IMG/VR virus record: IMGVR_UViG_3300017971_000283 | Location: 5,527 to 69,526 of that record | Source: a virus | Reading direction: 5' to 3' (one strand) | Length of the DNA stretch: 64,000 nt | Shown: positions 17,773-26,896 of the stretch, one piece after another | Layout: every line of letters begins with the position of its first letter | Position numbering within the stretch: the stretch's first letter is position 1 | Program-made: the position numbers and the translations under genes | The notes under the pieces: generated by a model | Databases searched by the model: none | Seen by the model: the letters and a program-made list of their open reading frames with translations, nothing else | What the model was told of the DNA's origin: nothing

Positions 17773-19221
17773 TTATCCTTGTATTGATCCATAAAAACAT
17801 GAATATGATTTACTTAAAATTTCATATCTTACTGCATCCCACATATGATCTTCACTATCACTATCAACATCATCCATATTTGAAGGATTTCTGGGGATAT
17901 TTGGAACAGTTCTTAGAAATTGCTCACAATTATTAAAAACAAAAAAACCTGGATATTCCATACTTCCTTTAGTAATTAAATCATTTGAGCTTTCTAATAA
18001 ATCCCTCATAAGCTCTACGCCTTGAACTCTTGAGTGAGGTTTTTTATTTGCCCATTCCCAAGTAATATTACAACCATCAATTTTTAGCTCTGCCATTTTA
18101 TCAGCAATTGTTCTTTCCCCCGGTGACGAGCTAAAAATCTGATTATCTGCTGGTCCTGGTCTTATCCTACCAATATTGAATTTTTTTTTCAATATTTTTT
18201 CTTTAATCAATATTGATTCAGCTATTTTTTTTGGAGTATGGTTGACCCCTTTATTTTCCTTGCCTGTCCATCCGTAAACTTCATCAATTAAAAATAAAGT
18301 CCCTTTTGGAAATGATCTTATTTTATTATTTATTTTTACCGGCGTACCATCTGACTCAGCAAAAAATGGTACTGCATAAGGGGCTGACGACCCCCAATCA
18401 AACGATCTTTCAACTTTCCAATAGGTAGGTATATCAAAGGGCTCAACTACGTGGATTTCAGGTGCCCAGAGATCACTAAATGCCCCTCCTGCTACAATAT
18501 CCCAGGAACCTTCATACCATGCTTTTCTTTTATTTGGATCAGTTATTGATTTTAACTTATTAATATATTTTGGATCATTTTTAAGTAAAATTTTATTCTC
18601 TTGTACATTCCCATGGATTCTTACTCTTCTATTTTCATCCTTATCTGTAATAATTTTTCCGGCTGGTGCTGGATCAACAAAATACTTTTTTACCCACGCA
18701 TGACCAACTCCATAACTATTTGTTGTAGATCTTGTTCTTGGGATAATTCCTGGGCCGCTTGCTCTCAAACAAGATTTATTCATTGACTCATAACATTCAA
18801 TATCTTTCCAGTTTGTTAATTCCTCCCATCCAATCCAACTAAATTCTTTTCCATGATATACCGCATAATCCTGAATATTCCTCATATAAGAAAGAAAAAG
18901 AACTTCACCTTCAGGAAAAGTCCATGACATAGCTGAAGCATTAAATTTTGCCCTTGGCTCAATTAATGAAAACCACTTTTTTGTTTTAAGTACAATATCA
19001 CTTAACTGTTTGTATGTATTTCTAAAAAGTATTCCTCTCCAATCAGACTTAAACCCCTTATTACAGTCTTGATAAAAATCCATTATTAGTGAATCAGTTT
19101 TTCCATTGCCTCTTGTCCCATCAAAAAGAACTTCTTCTATAGGACAAGAAAGAAAAAACAATTGAGAACCAGCTTGTGGTACCCATACTGCATCTTTTAT
19201 ATAATTACTATAATCATTCAT
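17773..19221 (-). CDS. terL: Terminase large subunit
   Basis: Walker A GTRGNGKT, Walker B IGWEEL, nuclease SFDWG and EDHMWDAVRY. Confidence 0.93.
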   Translation of the reverse strand: MNDYSNYIKDAVWVPQAGSQLFFLSCPIEEVLFDGTRGNGKTDSLIMDFYQDCNKGFKSDWRGILFRNTYKQLSDIVLKTKKWFSLIEPRAKFNASAMSWTFPEGEVLFLSYMRNIQDYAVYHGKEFSWIGWEELTNWKDIECYESMNKSCLRASGPGIIPRTRSTTNSYGVGHAWVKKYFVDPAPAGKIITDKDENRRVRIHGNVQENKILLKNDPKYINKLKSITDPNKRKAWYEGSWDIVAGGAFSDLWAPEIHVVEPFDIPTYWKVERSFDWGSSAPYAVPFFAESDGTPVKINNKIRSFPKGTLFLIDEVYGWTGKENKGVNHTPKKIAESILIKEKILKKKFNIGRIRPGPADNQIFSSSPGERTIADKMAELKIDGCNITWEWANKKPHSRVQGVELMRDLLESSNDLITKGSMEYPGFFVFNNCEQFLRTVPNIPRNPSNMDDVDSDSEDHMWDAVRYEILSKSYSCFYGSIQG

Positions 19222-20041
19222 TATTTAATCTTTTCCAATATGTTGGCCTATTATTCCAAAGTCTTGTTTTTATCTTTTCATATCCTAAGGATCGCATTTC
19301 TCTATTAAATATTCGAGATATTTTATCATTAGTTATAAATGCTCCATGTTTATCAGCATATATATTAAAGTGTCCTATAGCTCTAGTGTTAAATGAATTT
19401 GCAATCAAGAAATACCTTGGAGACAATTTTCTAACAATTTCGTGTAAATGATAAATTGGATATTGTATATGTTCAAAATATTCTGATGCAAAAATTAAAT
19501 CAATATCTTTTGAAATATTATCGATTTCGTAACAAATGTCAAATTGATATTTATTTTTTATAACTTCAATAAATTTGGATTGTTTTGTAAATTCAATATT
19601 TGTTCCAATTACATTTGAATTAGGGAAAGTTAATTTTAATGCGGCAGATGTATATCCAATACCACATCCCAAATCAACAATATTTTTAACTTTTTCTAAA
19701 TCTTTTTTTATAGAAGTATCAAATAATGACTTTCTATCTGATATTGCCATTATATATTTCCGTGAATATACTCTCCAGCATGCCCATAATTCAGATAGAT
19801 AATAATCGTGGTCATATAAATTAAAATCAGGGTTGTTATTTTCTAATGATTTATACCATAAATTTTCAAGTTGTTGACTTTCTTTTAAACTTTTTCTTAT
19901 ATTACCATTTCCATTTAAGTATCTTATAGTATTTTTTGCAATATTATAAATCCTACCTATTTTTGCTTCTGGATTTATTTTTTTATAGATCAATAAAAAT
20001 CTTTTTAATCCATCATCTGATCTTTCATTTAATATATTCAT
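19214..20041 (-). CDS. Class I SAM-dependent methyltransferase
   Basis: IVDLGCGIG SAM motif and DLIFASEYFEHI motif. Overlaps both neighbouring genes. Confidence 0.8.
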   Translation of the reverse strand: MNILNERSDDGLKRFLLIYKKINPEAKIGRIYNIAKNTIRYLNGNGNIRKSLKESQQLENLWYKSLENNNPDFNLYDHDYYLSELWACWRVYSRKYIMAISDRKSLFDTSIKKDLEKVKNIVDLGCGIGYTSAALKLTFPNSNVIGTNIEFTKQSKFIEVIKNKYQFDICYEIDNISKDIDLIFASEYFEHIQYPIYHLHEIVRKLSPRYFLIANSFNTRAIGHFNIYADKHGAFITNDKISRIFNREMRSLGYEKIKTRLWNNRPTYWKRLNNE

Positions 20042-20874
20042 TTTTTCTTCAACTCCATATTGTAATTATCTATACCCTTTTCTATTTTTACACCTTCTTT
20101 TTTTATTAACTTATTTTTTTTAAATTGACTATAATTTACTGAATGTTGCCATCTTCCCCATTTTCTTACAACTTTTGTAACATCAGGATGTTGTCTTTGT
20201 AATGATCTTGCCATTTCAAGCCTACCATCAAAATTAGAGTCTTGTTTATAAAGTTCATCAGTATTCCCACCTTTCATTACCATTGTTGTTGTTTTTTCAA
20301 CTAGAAATGCATTAAATAAAATTGTACACCATCCTCCCTTTAAAGCTCTTAAACATAAGTCAGTATCTTCATTATATTTTCCTCTCCATCTATATTTCAA
20401 ACTATTATTTACTAAGATGCAAGAATAAATACGAGTATTTATTCTAAATGGCACATCTTTCCATTTTTGCCTAACAAACATAAAGTATTGTGGGCCTGAA
20501 AAAGCAATATTTGTATATCTATCTGTGAAATCTTCCATTGCTTTAAATATCATAGGTGAAAATACTTTTAATTTTCTATTTTTATTCCACCTATGAAATC
20601 CTCTCATATTATCATCCATTATCCAATGTCTTTCATGACCTTCTTCTAAAGAATGTTTCCAAACAAAATTTCTTGCTGGTATTGATCCCTTTCCCAAATT
20701 ACTAAAAGGCAAAACTATTATTTTTTTTGGATCAATAACATTAGAATATTCGTCAAATTCTTGAGGCTCAATAACTATTCTATAAGGACAATTCATCTTT
20801 TCAAGAGCTTTACTTGTTAATCTGCTTTCCCATCGTCCTTTAGAAATAATGTATATTGGATATTTATTTTTCAT
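20038..20874 (-). CDS. GT-A fold glycosyltransferase (TET-associated/GREB1-like type)
   Basis: PIYIISKGRW, IVIEPQE, ARNFVW, WIMDDN, NEDTDLCLR, MKGGNT motifs. Confidence 0.8.
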   Translation of the reverse strand: MKNKYPIYIISKGRWESRLTSKALEKMNCPYRIVIEPQEFDEYSNVIDPKKIIVLPFSNLGKGSIPARNFVWKHSLEEGHERHWIMDDNMRGFHRWNKNRKLKVFSPMIFKAMEDFTDRYTNIAFSGPQYFMFVRQKWKDVPFRINTRIYSCILVNNSLKYRWRGKYNEDTDLCLRALKGGWCTILFNAFLVEKTTTMVMKGGNTDELYKQDSNFDGRLEMARSLQRQHPDVTKVVRKWGRWQHSVNYSQFKKNKLIKKEGVKIEKGIDNYNMELKKK

Positions 20875-21565
20875 CGTAATATTCAGTTGTCATATCTATT
20901 TTTTTTGCTTCTGGATACCAAATCGATCTTGTTTTTTCTGTAATTTTTTGATCAATAAATGTAGCAAAAGAATTAAGATCATCAATACTCAAAAAATTTA
21001 CTGTTATTGAAAATTTTGCCCCTAAATCTTCATTTTCACATTCCGGCATACCCTCCCATTCTTCAATATAATTAATTTCTTCATCTTCATCTTCATCTTC
21101 ATCTTCATTATTAAAATTAAAATCAATCATTTCCCATTCTTCATCAATACCATATTCGCTTAATTCTTCAATTGTAAAATTATCAGATAGCTTTTCTACT
21201 TCCTCATTAAGTAAATCAAGATCCCAATCTGATTCCCCGGATCTGTTATCAACAATCCTTGCAAGCCTTACCTGTTCTTCTGTCAAATCATCTCTTATAA
21301 CTACAGGAAAAGCCTTCATATTAAGCTCATATGCTGCCTTAAGCCTTCCATGCCCTTTGATAATCATATTATCTTCTTCCCAGATTACAATGGGCTGATC
21401 TGGTTTAATTACTTTTTCTCTTTCCTTATCACTCATATTTTGAACATCTTCTTTAGTCAAACCAGTACCAATGAGAATTGAATTTATGATCCAATCAACA
21501 TTATGATTCTTTGCATTTTTTGGATATGGAATTATATCATCTAATTTTCTTTTTATAACTTTCAT
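20864..21565 (-). CDS. ParB/Srx N-terminal domain protein
   Basis: IIPYPKNAKNH, QPIVI, IIKGHGRLKAA, RIVDNR..ES.WD motifs, plus an acidic linker and EWEGMPE C-terminal module. Confidence 0.85.
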   Translation of the reverse strand: MKVIKRKLDDIIPYPKNAKNHNVDWIINSILIGTGLTKEDVQNMSDKEREKVIKPDQPIVIWEEDNMIIKGHGRLKAAYELNMKAFPVVIRDDLTEEQVRLARIVDNRSGESDWDLDLLNEEVEKLSDNFTIEELSEYGIDEEWEMIDFNFNNEDEDEDEDEEINYIEEWEGMPECENEDLGAKFSITVNFLSIDDLNSFATFIDQKITEKTRSIWYPEAKKIDMTTEYYDEK

Positions 21566-21595
21566 TTTACTTTTCTCCTTACTTATTTGTTTTTA

Positions 21596-21799
21596 TTATT
21601 CTCCAAAACTACCCATTGGCAATTCTTCATCTGTCTTACCATTAATAATTGTTATTTTTTCAGGCTTTTTAATTGGATCGATATCTTCAATTCCAATTGG
21701 CTTGTCGGGAATAATACCCGAATCATCAGGAACTATTTTATTTGAAGCGGCACACCCAATCATACAAAATGATATAGTAATGATAAAAAATATTTTCAT
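21596..21799 (-). CDS. Small lipoprotein
   Basis: Hydrophobic signal with lipobox MIGC. Confidence 0.55.
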   Translation of the reverse strand: MKIFFIITISFCMIGCAASNKIVPDDSGIIPDKPIGIEDIDPIKKPEKITIINGKTDEELPMGSFGE

Positions 21800-21800
21800 T

Positions 21801-22460
21801 TTAATTTTCTCCTATACTATCAAAAATTATTGGGACTTGTTTTTTTACATCTTCTAAGCAATTTTTCATTAATTTTCTTATTTGTGGATGAGCTTGTTTT
21901 GAAGTTCTTAATTTAAAAATATGTTTCCACTCTCTTAAATTTGCAGTCATAATTATTTCGGTTTTCAAACTGTTGGGCAATACTTCTCTCGCTTGTTCCG
22001 GTCTCCATCCATTATTAATTAAATTATTATAATCAAATTTTGAATTAAGACAAGATTGAAGAAAAACTTTGTGGGTGAAAGGGATATCATCTTTAAAAAA
22101 AATACATGAAGTTTCTTTATACTTTCCCAAATACTTTTTATCCATCCAAACAGGGAGAATGAAAAGTATATCTCGGTTTTTGTAATTAATATAACGGGTT
22201 GACTCAACAGATAAAGAACAAATCCTATGTCTTGCAATCTCCTGTAAGACTCCTCGATTTGTAATAAACTTAATAGTAATTATAGCATGTTCAATTACCG
22301 ATTCATGTCCCTTATTGATAATCATTTTAGTAAATTTTTCAGATGATTCTTTATTAATTTTGGACTCGCTTTTATAGCAAGTCCGTCCAGCTTTCTCAAT
22401 TAATTCAAGAGGACAATTATCAATTTTTATAATTTTATGACTTTGTTCAATTATCTCCAT
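21801..22460 (-). CDS. thyX: FAD-dependent thymidylate synthase
   Basis: AGRTCYKS, GHESVIEH, RHRICSLSVESTRY, AREVLP, NLREW, AHPQIR. Confidence 0.95.
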   Translation of the reverse strand: MEIIEQSHKIIKIDNCPLELIEKAGRTCYKSESKINKESSEKFTKMIINKGHESVIEHAIITIKFITNRGVLQEIARHRICSLSVESTRYINYKNRDILFILPVWMDKKYLGKYKETSCIFFKDDIPFTHKVFLQSCLNSKFDYNNLINNGWRPEQAREVLPNSLKTEIIMTANLREWKHIFKLRTSKQAHPQIRKLMKNCLEDVKKQVPIIFDSIGEN

Positions 22461-22492
22461 ATATGTTCTCCTTAATTAATTTCTTTTATTTA

Positions 22493-22879
22493 TTATTTTT
22501 TGAAATCTTTTGCTTGTTCGTATTCCCTTATTTGTATATTCATATTTTGCATAAGTTCTATTCCAATGGGAAGGATTCCAATAATAGCATTGATAAATAA
22601 ATTGGGGTCTGTTTTACTTGCAAAATTAACATTATCGATACCATCTTTTATTGGACCGTATTGTTTGCGTATTTCATCATCAAATTTTTTAAGTAATTCC
22701 CAATCATCCTTTGATAAATGATGTTTTCTCGCTATAATCTGATCCCTGAAAAGATTATAGTTAAGTTGCAGATTTGCATCTGCAACTTTTAATTCATATA
22801 TCGATTCTTGAAGGTCGTTATTAAAAAATGAACAACCGCTAATCAATAAAGACATAGCAATAATAAAAAACTTTTTCAT
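22493..22879 (-). CDS. Lipoprotein
   Basis: Start MKKFFIIAMSLLISGC after GGAGGT; lipobox present. Confidence 0.65.
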   Translation of the reverse strand: MKKFFIIAMSLLISGCSFFNNDLQESIYELKVADANLQLNYNLFRDQIIARKHHLSKDDWELLKKFDDEIRKQYGPIKDGIDNVNFASKTDPNLFINAIIGILPIGIELMQNMNIQIREYEQAKDFKK

Positions 22880-23379
22880 ATAACACCTCCATATTTCCTT
22901 TTTACAGTACCGCATCCGCCGGGACATATATTATATGGATCATAATTTATTGTTTCTAACATCGCTTCAAAAAAATACTCAGAAATCATTTCAGGCGTAT
23001 ATCTTGTATTATCGCAAGCATTTAACATAGTCATAGAATTTCTATAATGAAGAAAAACTGTTTCATAATCAAAACATTGATCAATTGCTGAAAGAGAATG
23101 CTCATATATTCTATTTGCAACCTTACCCGGTTCATAACTAATCATTCCATCTTCATCATACAAAACTACTGTTACAGCTACACTTTCAAAGTCATATTTT
23201 CCTTGACAAGGAAAATATATCAGATCCTCATCCACTTCATCATCAATACCTCTATCTGTATCCGTTACTTCATCTGTATTTTCTTCTGGCAATACATAAT
23301 TACTTTCATCACCACATCCAATAAAAACTATAGTAGCAAAAAACATAATAAAAACAATCAATACTTTTTTCATTTCCAT
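22876..23379 (-). CDS. Lipoprotein, acidic and Cys-containing
   Basis: MKKVLIVFIMFFATIVFIGC lipobox. Confidence 0.65.
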   Translation of the reverse strand: MEMKKVLIVFIMFFATIVFIGCGDESNYVLPEENTDEVTDTDRGIDDEVDEDLIYFPCQGKYDFESVAVTVVLYDEDGMISYEPGKVANRIYEHSLSAIDQCFDYETVFLHYRNSMTMLNACDNTRYTPEMISEYFFEAMLETINYDPYNICPGGCGTVKRKYGGVI

Positions 23380-23476
23380 TTTCTTTTCTCCTTTTTAAAA
23401 TTAAGTTTATAAAATATACATACAAAACACCATACAATATATTTTCCTTTTTTTCAAGTCTTTTGAATTCAAATAA

Positions 23477-23545
23477 AAAACCCGATATGGATTTTCTCCA
23501 ATACCGGGTCAAAATCGAGCTTATTGGGGTGTAGAATCGATTTTC
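23477..23545. repeat. Dispersed repeat copy A (inverted relative to 57008-57077)
   Basis: 23501-23545 is the exact reverse complement of 57008-57052; the flanking hairpin is similar. Confidence 0.9.
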
Positions 23546-23566
23546 TTTTTATTTGAATATAAAGCC

Positions 23567-23845
23567 TTATCCAAAGGCTTCAGACAGTTTTAATCTTTCC
23601 TTATCTTTTTGATACTGTTTTTCTAAATTCATCCAAAATCTACTTGGTCTTTTAAAAATTTTTGCAAAAGAAATAGCAATTTCACGGGTAATAGGTTCTT
23701 CCCCTTTTAAGATTCCGTTGATAATTTTTACATCAATATTAATTCTATCCGATAATTCAATTGGAAGTAAATTAAAATAATTAAGATCTTCAATCAAAAT
23801 ATCACCTGGAGAAACTAAATAATTTGGATAATATTTATTTTTCAT
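23567..23845 (-). CDS. HigA/VapI-family XRE antitoxin-like protein
   Basis: SPGDILIE...ELS.RI....INGILKG..PIT.EIA...F......FWMNLEKQY. Confidence 0.8.
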   Translation of the reverse strand: MKNKYYPNYLVSPGDILIEDLNYFNLLPIELSDRINIDVKIINGILKGEEPITREIAISFAKIFKRPSRFWMNLEKQYQKDKERLKLSEAFG

Positions 23846-24398
23846 TTCTCTTCTCCTTTAAAATTTCAATTCTTTTTTTTATACTTTCAAGAAATGCCAA
23901 TTCACTTTCACAATATTCTTTTGTATATTTTATATTATTTATTCTTATTGGTGTTTTTGATTTTACTCTATAATAAAAGTTTTGATTTGCAATAAGAATT
24001 TCCTCTGCTCCTTTTAACCAAGAATTTTCTATATTATCTGGAATATAGTGCAAGTTGCCTTTGTAATTTATTGGATAAGGAATAAAAACTTCACAACCTA
24101 TATCATTTTTATAAAAATGATATGCAGTCTCGCTTTTATTAATATTTTTTGTAAGCTCTTTAAAGTTTTTTTCTGTCATTGTAATTTCAGGAACATTTTT
24201 TTCTTTTACTTTTTCATCAAGTATTTGTATTTGTCCAGACTCCTTATGCCAAGTATATCCATTTCCAACAATATTAAATAAATGATCTAAAACAAATAAT
24301 CTTGAATTTTTAAAAGTTCGATGTAAAAATAATATAGGCCATTCTAATATATTTTTTGTTATTTGTTTTTCAAGATTCATATTTTCTCCTAATCTCAT
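23835..24398 (-). CDS. Hypothetical protein
   Basis: Long ORF overlapping the next gene. Confidence 0.55.
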   Translation of the reverse strand: MRLGENMNLEKQITKNILEWPILFLHRTFKNSRLFVLDHLFNIVGNGYTWHKESGQIQILDEKVKEKNVPEITMTEKNFKELTKNINKSETAYHFYKNDIGCEVFIPYPINYKGNLHYIPDNIENSWLKGAEEILIANQNFYYRVKSKTPIRINNIKYTKEYCESELAFLESIKKRIEILKEKRNEK

Positions 24399-24446
24399 CT
24401 TTCATTCTGATTTTTCTGCATTTCAATTTCTTTATTTTTCAACTCT

Positions 24447-24672
24447 TGTTTAATACGCATCATTTAAACAATCTCTTCCATTGAATGTTTTAAGTTTTGT
24501 TTTATATTTTTCAAATCCCATTTTTACTCTTGCTTCAATATCTTTTATTACAGCCTTTTTTAATATAGACGACTCAAAAGCAAAACCAATGTCCTTGATT
24601 ACTTCTGGCACAACTTCTTTTTCCTTTTATTGGATCTGGTTCCGGGGTTGCTGCTTTAATATTTAATTTCAT
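24447..24672 (-). pseudogene. Degenerate MazG-like (GRD..DAY) phage gene
   Basis: MKLNIKAATPEPDPIKG, then a frameshift in GGAAAAAG to EVVPEVIKD...DIEARVKMGFEKYKTKLKTFNGRDCLNDAY* with a premature stop. Confidence 0.5.
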
Positions 24673-24811
24673 ATCAAATTACCTTTTATTAAAGTTTAAT
24701 TTTCAAAACTTGACTATGTAGATGTTAAATATCTCAACTAAGATTAGTATATCATAAAAACAAAAAAGGTGTTGTAAAAAATCGATATTTTTAGAAAAAA
24801 CTAGAGATTGA

Positions 24812-25039
24812 CTATTTGAATGGATCTTCCATCTTATCAATATCAGTTTTAATAAAAGCAATAATTCCCTTCAATCTTCCTTCAATATGTTTCAATGTTA
24901 TTCCATTTTCATAAAATTTTATTATTACTTTTATTAAATCTCTATGGAAACTTGGTATTTCATAATCTTCATTTTTCATTAATTTTACTATTTGAGAATA
25001 ATGTTTTGGTTTTAGCCTATAACAAAATTGATTATTCAT
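24812..25039 (-). CDS. Small protein, possible regulator divergent from the plus-strand operon
   Basis: 75 aa with AAGGGAG SD, transcribed divergently from 25281. Confidence 0.5.
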   Translation of the reverse strand: MNNQFCYRLKPKHYSQIVKLMKNEDYEIPSFHRDLIKVIIKFYENGITLKHIEGRLKGIIAFIKTDIDKMEDPFK

Positions 25040-25280
25040 TGTTATTAACTCCCTTATTTTGAATAAATATCAATTCTTATAAGTTACTAATTATAATTTT
25101 GTCAATCTGTTTTGAATTTTTTTGAATTCAATCGAAAACCTATAGATTTTTTCAGAATAACTTGAATTCAAAATCTATAACTATATCAATGCGTTATATT
25201 GACGATAATATTTTTATTTGATACCTTTTTAAAAAATCGAAAGGTAAAACCTTCCTGCTACAATAATCATAAGGAGAGAC

Positions 25281-25775
25281 ATGATGACAGACCAACAAGT
25301 AGAAAAGAAAGAGCCCGTCTATATTGAGTCAAACACAAATGATATTTTAAGACAATCTGAAGAAAGGCTTTTAGCTACTCAAAAAGCATTATTTAATGCT
25401 AATATGCGCCAATACCAATTAAACCAGCAATTTCAAAATCCTTATAATCAAAATCCTTATAATCAAAATCCTTATAATCAACAATATAGTAATCAACAGA
25501 ATCAACAACCACAACAACCTAAACCTGAACCACAACCTAAACAAAGACAAGAAAATTTAACACTATCAATGCTTAGTGTTATCGAACAACTCCATGCATT
25601 GCTAGAAATTTATAGTAATATAAATCCGACTATATATCCGGAACATCTAAAAAAACAAACAATAAAAGAAATTGAGCATTTGCGATCCTTTCAAACTCGT
25701 TTTAATGAAAATCCAATAGAGTCAAAAAGGATCTTAACCCTGGTGTCAAATGAAATGGCACCCAAACAAAATTAA
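25281..25775 (+). CDS. Q/N/P-rich low-complexity protein
   Basis: AAGGAG SD and (NPYNQ)x3 encoded by a 15-bp tandem repeat. Confidence 0.75.
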   Translation: MMTDQQVEKKEPVYIESNTNDILRQSEERLLATQKALFNANMRQYQLNQQFQNPYNQNPYNQNPYNQQYSNQQNQQPQQPKPEPQPKQRQENLTLSMLSVIEQLHALLEIYSNINPTIYPEHLKKQTIKEIEHLRSFQTRFNENPIESKRILTLVSNEMAPKQN

Positions 25776-25790
25776 GTAAAGGAGATTGTT

Positions 25791-26693
25791 ATGGACACAA
25801 CACCTGGTGGAAGTATTGGAACTGGAGATGCCGCCGTACTTGCTTTGCTTGCCGACACTGCAAGAGCAGGTAGAGGTGGCGGTTGGGGAGTAGGCGGTTG
25901 GGGAGGTGAAGGTGGAGGTTATGGAAGTGCTTATGGTAATATTGCAAACGCCGTAAGACTTGACCGAAATGCCCAACAAACTGAAGATCAGGCTGATTGT
26001 ACAAGAAATCTTTTCGGGCAAGCTTTTTCGAGTATTCAGAATGCTTTTGAAAATGGTACTCGTGACAGGCAGCAAGCAGCATTGTCCAGTCAGATTACAA
26101 ATGGCGAGTTCAGGATTTCTGACAGACTGCGAGATACTGAACTCAATTCTGTTCGGGAATCTGCTGATTTGGCACGACAGATTGCTGCTTGCTGTTGTGA
26201 TACTCAAAAAGGTTTTCTGGAACAAGCTCTGAGACAGCATGAATGTTGTTGTGAAACTCAAAAAGTAGTAATGCAGGAAAATCAGAAAACTCGTGATCAG
26301 ATTATGGATAATGAATTGCGACGAGCTACTGATGCAAATAACATCAATGCTACTGTAGGAGCAATCAATGGTGCTGCTGCTGCGAATACTGCTGCTATTA
26401 TTGCCGCTATTCGTGAAGGACACCATCATCCTCGTCCATGAAATAACGGACACTGCCCTTGCGGTGGTGGAAACGGTGGTGGCGGGGATAATGTTATGCT
26501 GTGTCATCAACCAGGGACACCAGCTCAACAAACTTTAATCGTACCACCTGAAGCAGTTGAAGGACATTTAAGGCATGGTGACTACTTGGGGGAATGCAGA
26601 CCATTGGCGGTAAACGAGAAAAAGCCGGAAGAAATAAAAAAGCCGGGAACAATAAAGAAAGAAAAACCGTCAATAGTTACAAACCCGAAATAA
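25791..26693 (+). CDS. Gly/Trp- and Cys-rich coiled-coil protein (ends 26441) with probable in-frame UGA readthrough into a CH...HLxHGDYLGxC domain (ends 26693)
   Basis: AAGGAG SD, GGGWGVGGWGG, ACCCDTQK and ECCCETQK. The frame continues HHHPRP*NNGHCPCGGGNGGGGDNVMLCHQPG...HLRHGDYLGEC. Confidence 0.7.
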
Positions 26694-26739
26694 AGTATGG
26701 ATTATGGTTGCTTGCAAGTTAGTTACTAAGTTTTAATTT

Positions 26740-26770
26740 AAGCCCCGGTTGAAATATACCGGGGCTTTTT
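26740..26770 (+). terminator. Intrinsic terminator-like hairpin
   Basis: AAGCCCCGGT-TGAAATAT-ACCGGGGCTTTTT. Confidence 0.75.
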
Positions 26771-26783
26771 AAGGAGGTATTTT

Positions 26784-26861
26784 ATGAAACGATTTATAAT
26801 CCCTCGAATTGCTCATTGTTGTGGCGGAAGTATAATCAACCCCTGTATGTTGAATAATTAA
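26784..26861 (+). CDS. 25-aa Cys/His-containing peptide (possible leader peptide)
   Basis: Perfect AAGGAGGT SD; MKRFIIPRIAHCCGGSIINPCMLNN. Confidence 0.55.
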   Translation: MKRFIIPRIAHCCGGSIINPCMLNN

Positions 26862-26896
26862 GGCATACAGGGGTTAATTTATAGGAGAAAATTATC

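Noticed and set aside
20864-21565. ParB gene as the partner of the parS site
   Set aside because: It has only the ParB/Srx N-terminal domain with no evident HTH and no parA neighbour; its context is DNA modification and packaging.
25746-26531. 261-aa minus-strand ORF across the island
   Set aside because: Antisense shadow of the SD-supported plus-strand gene.
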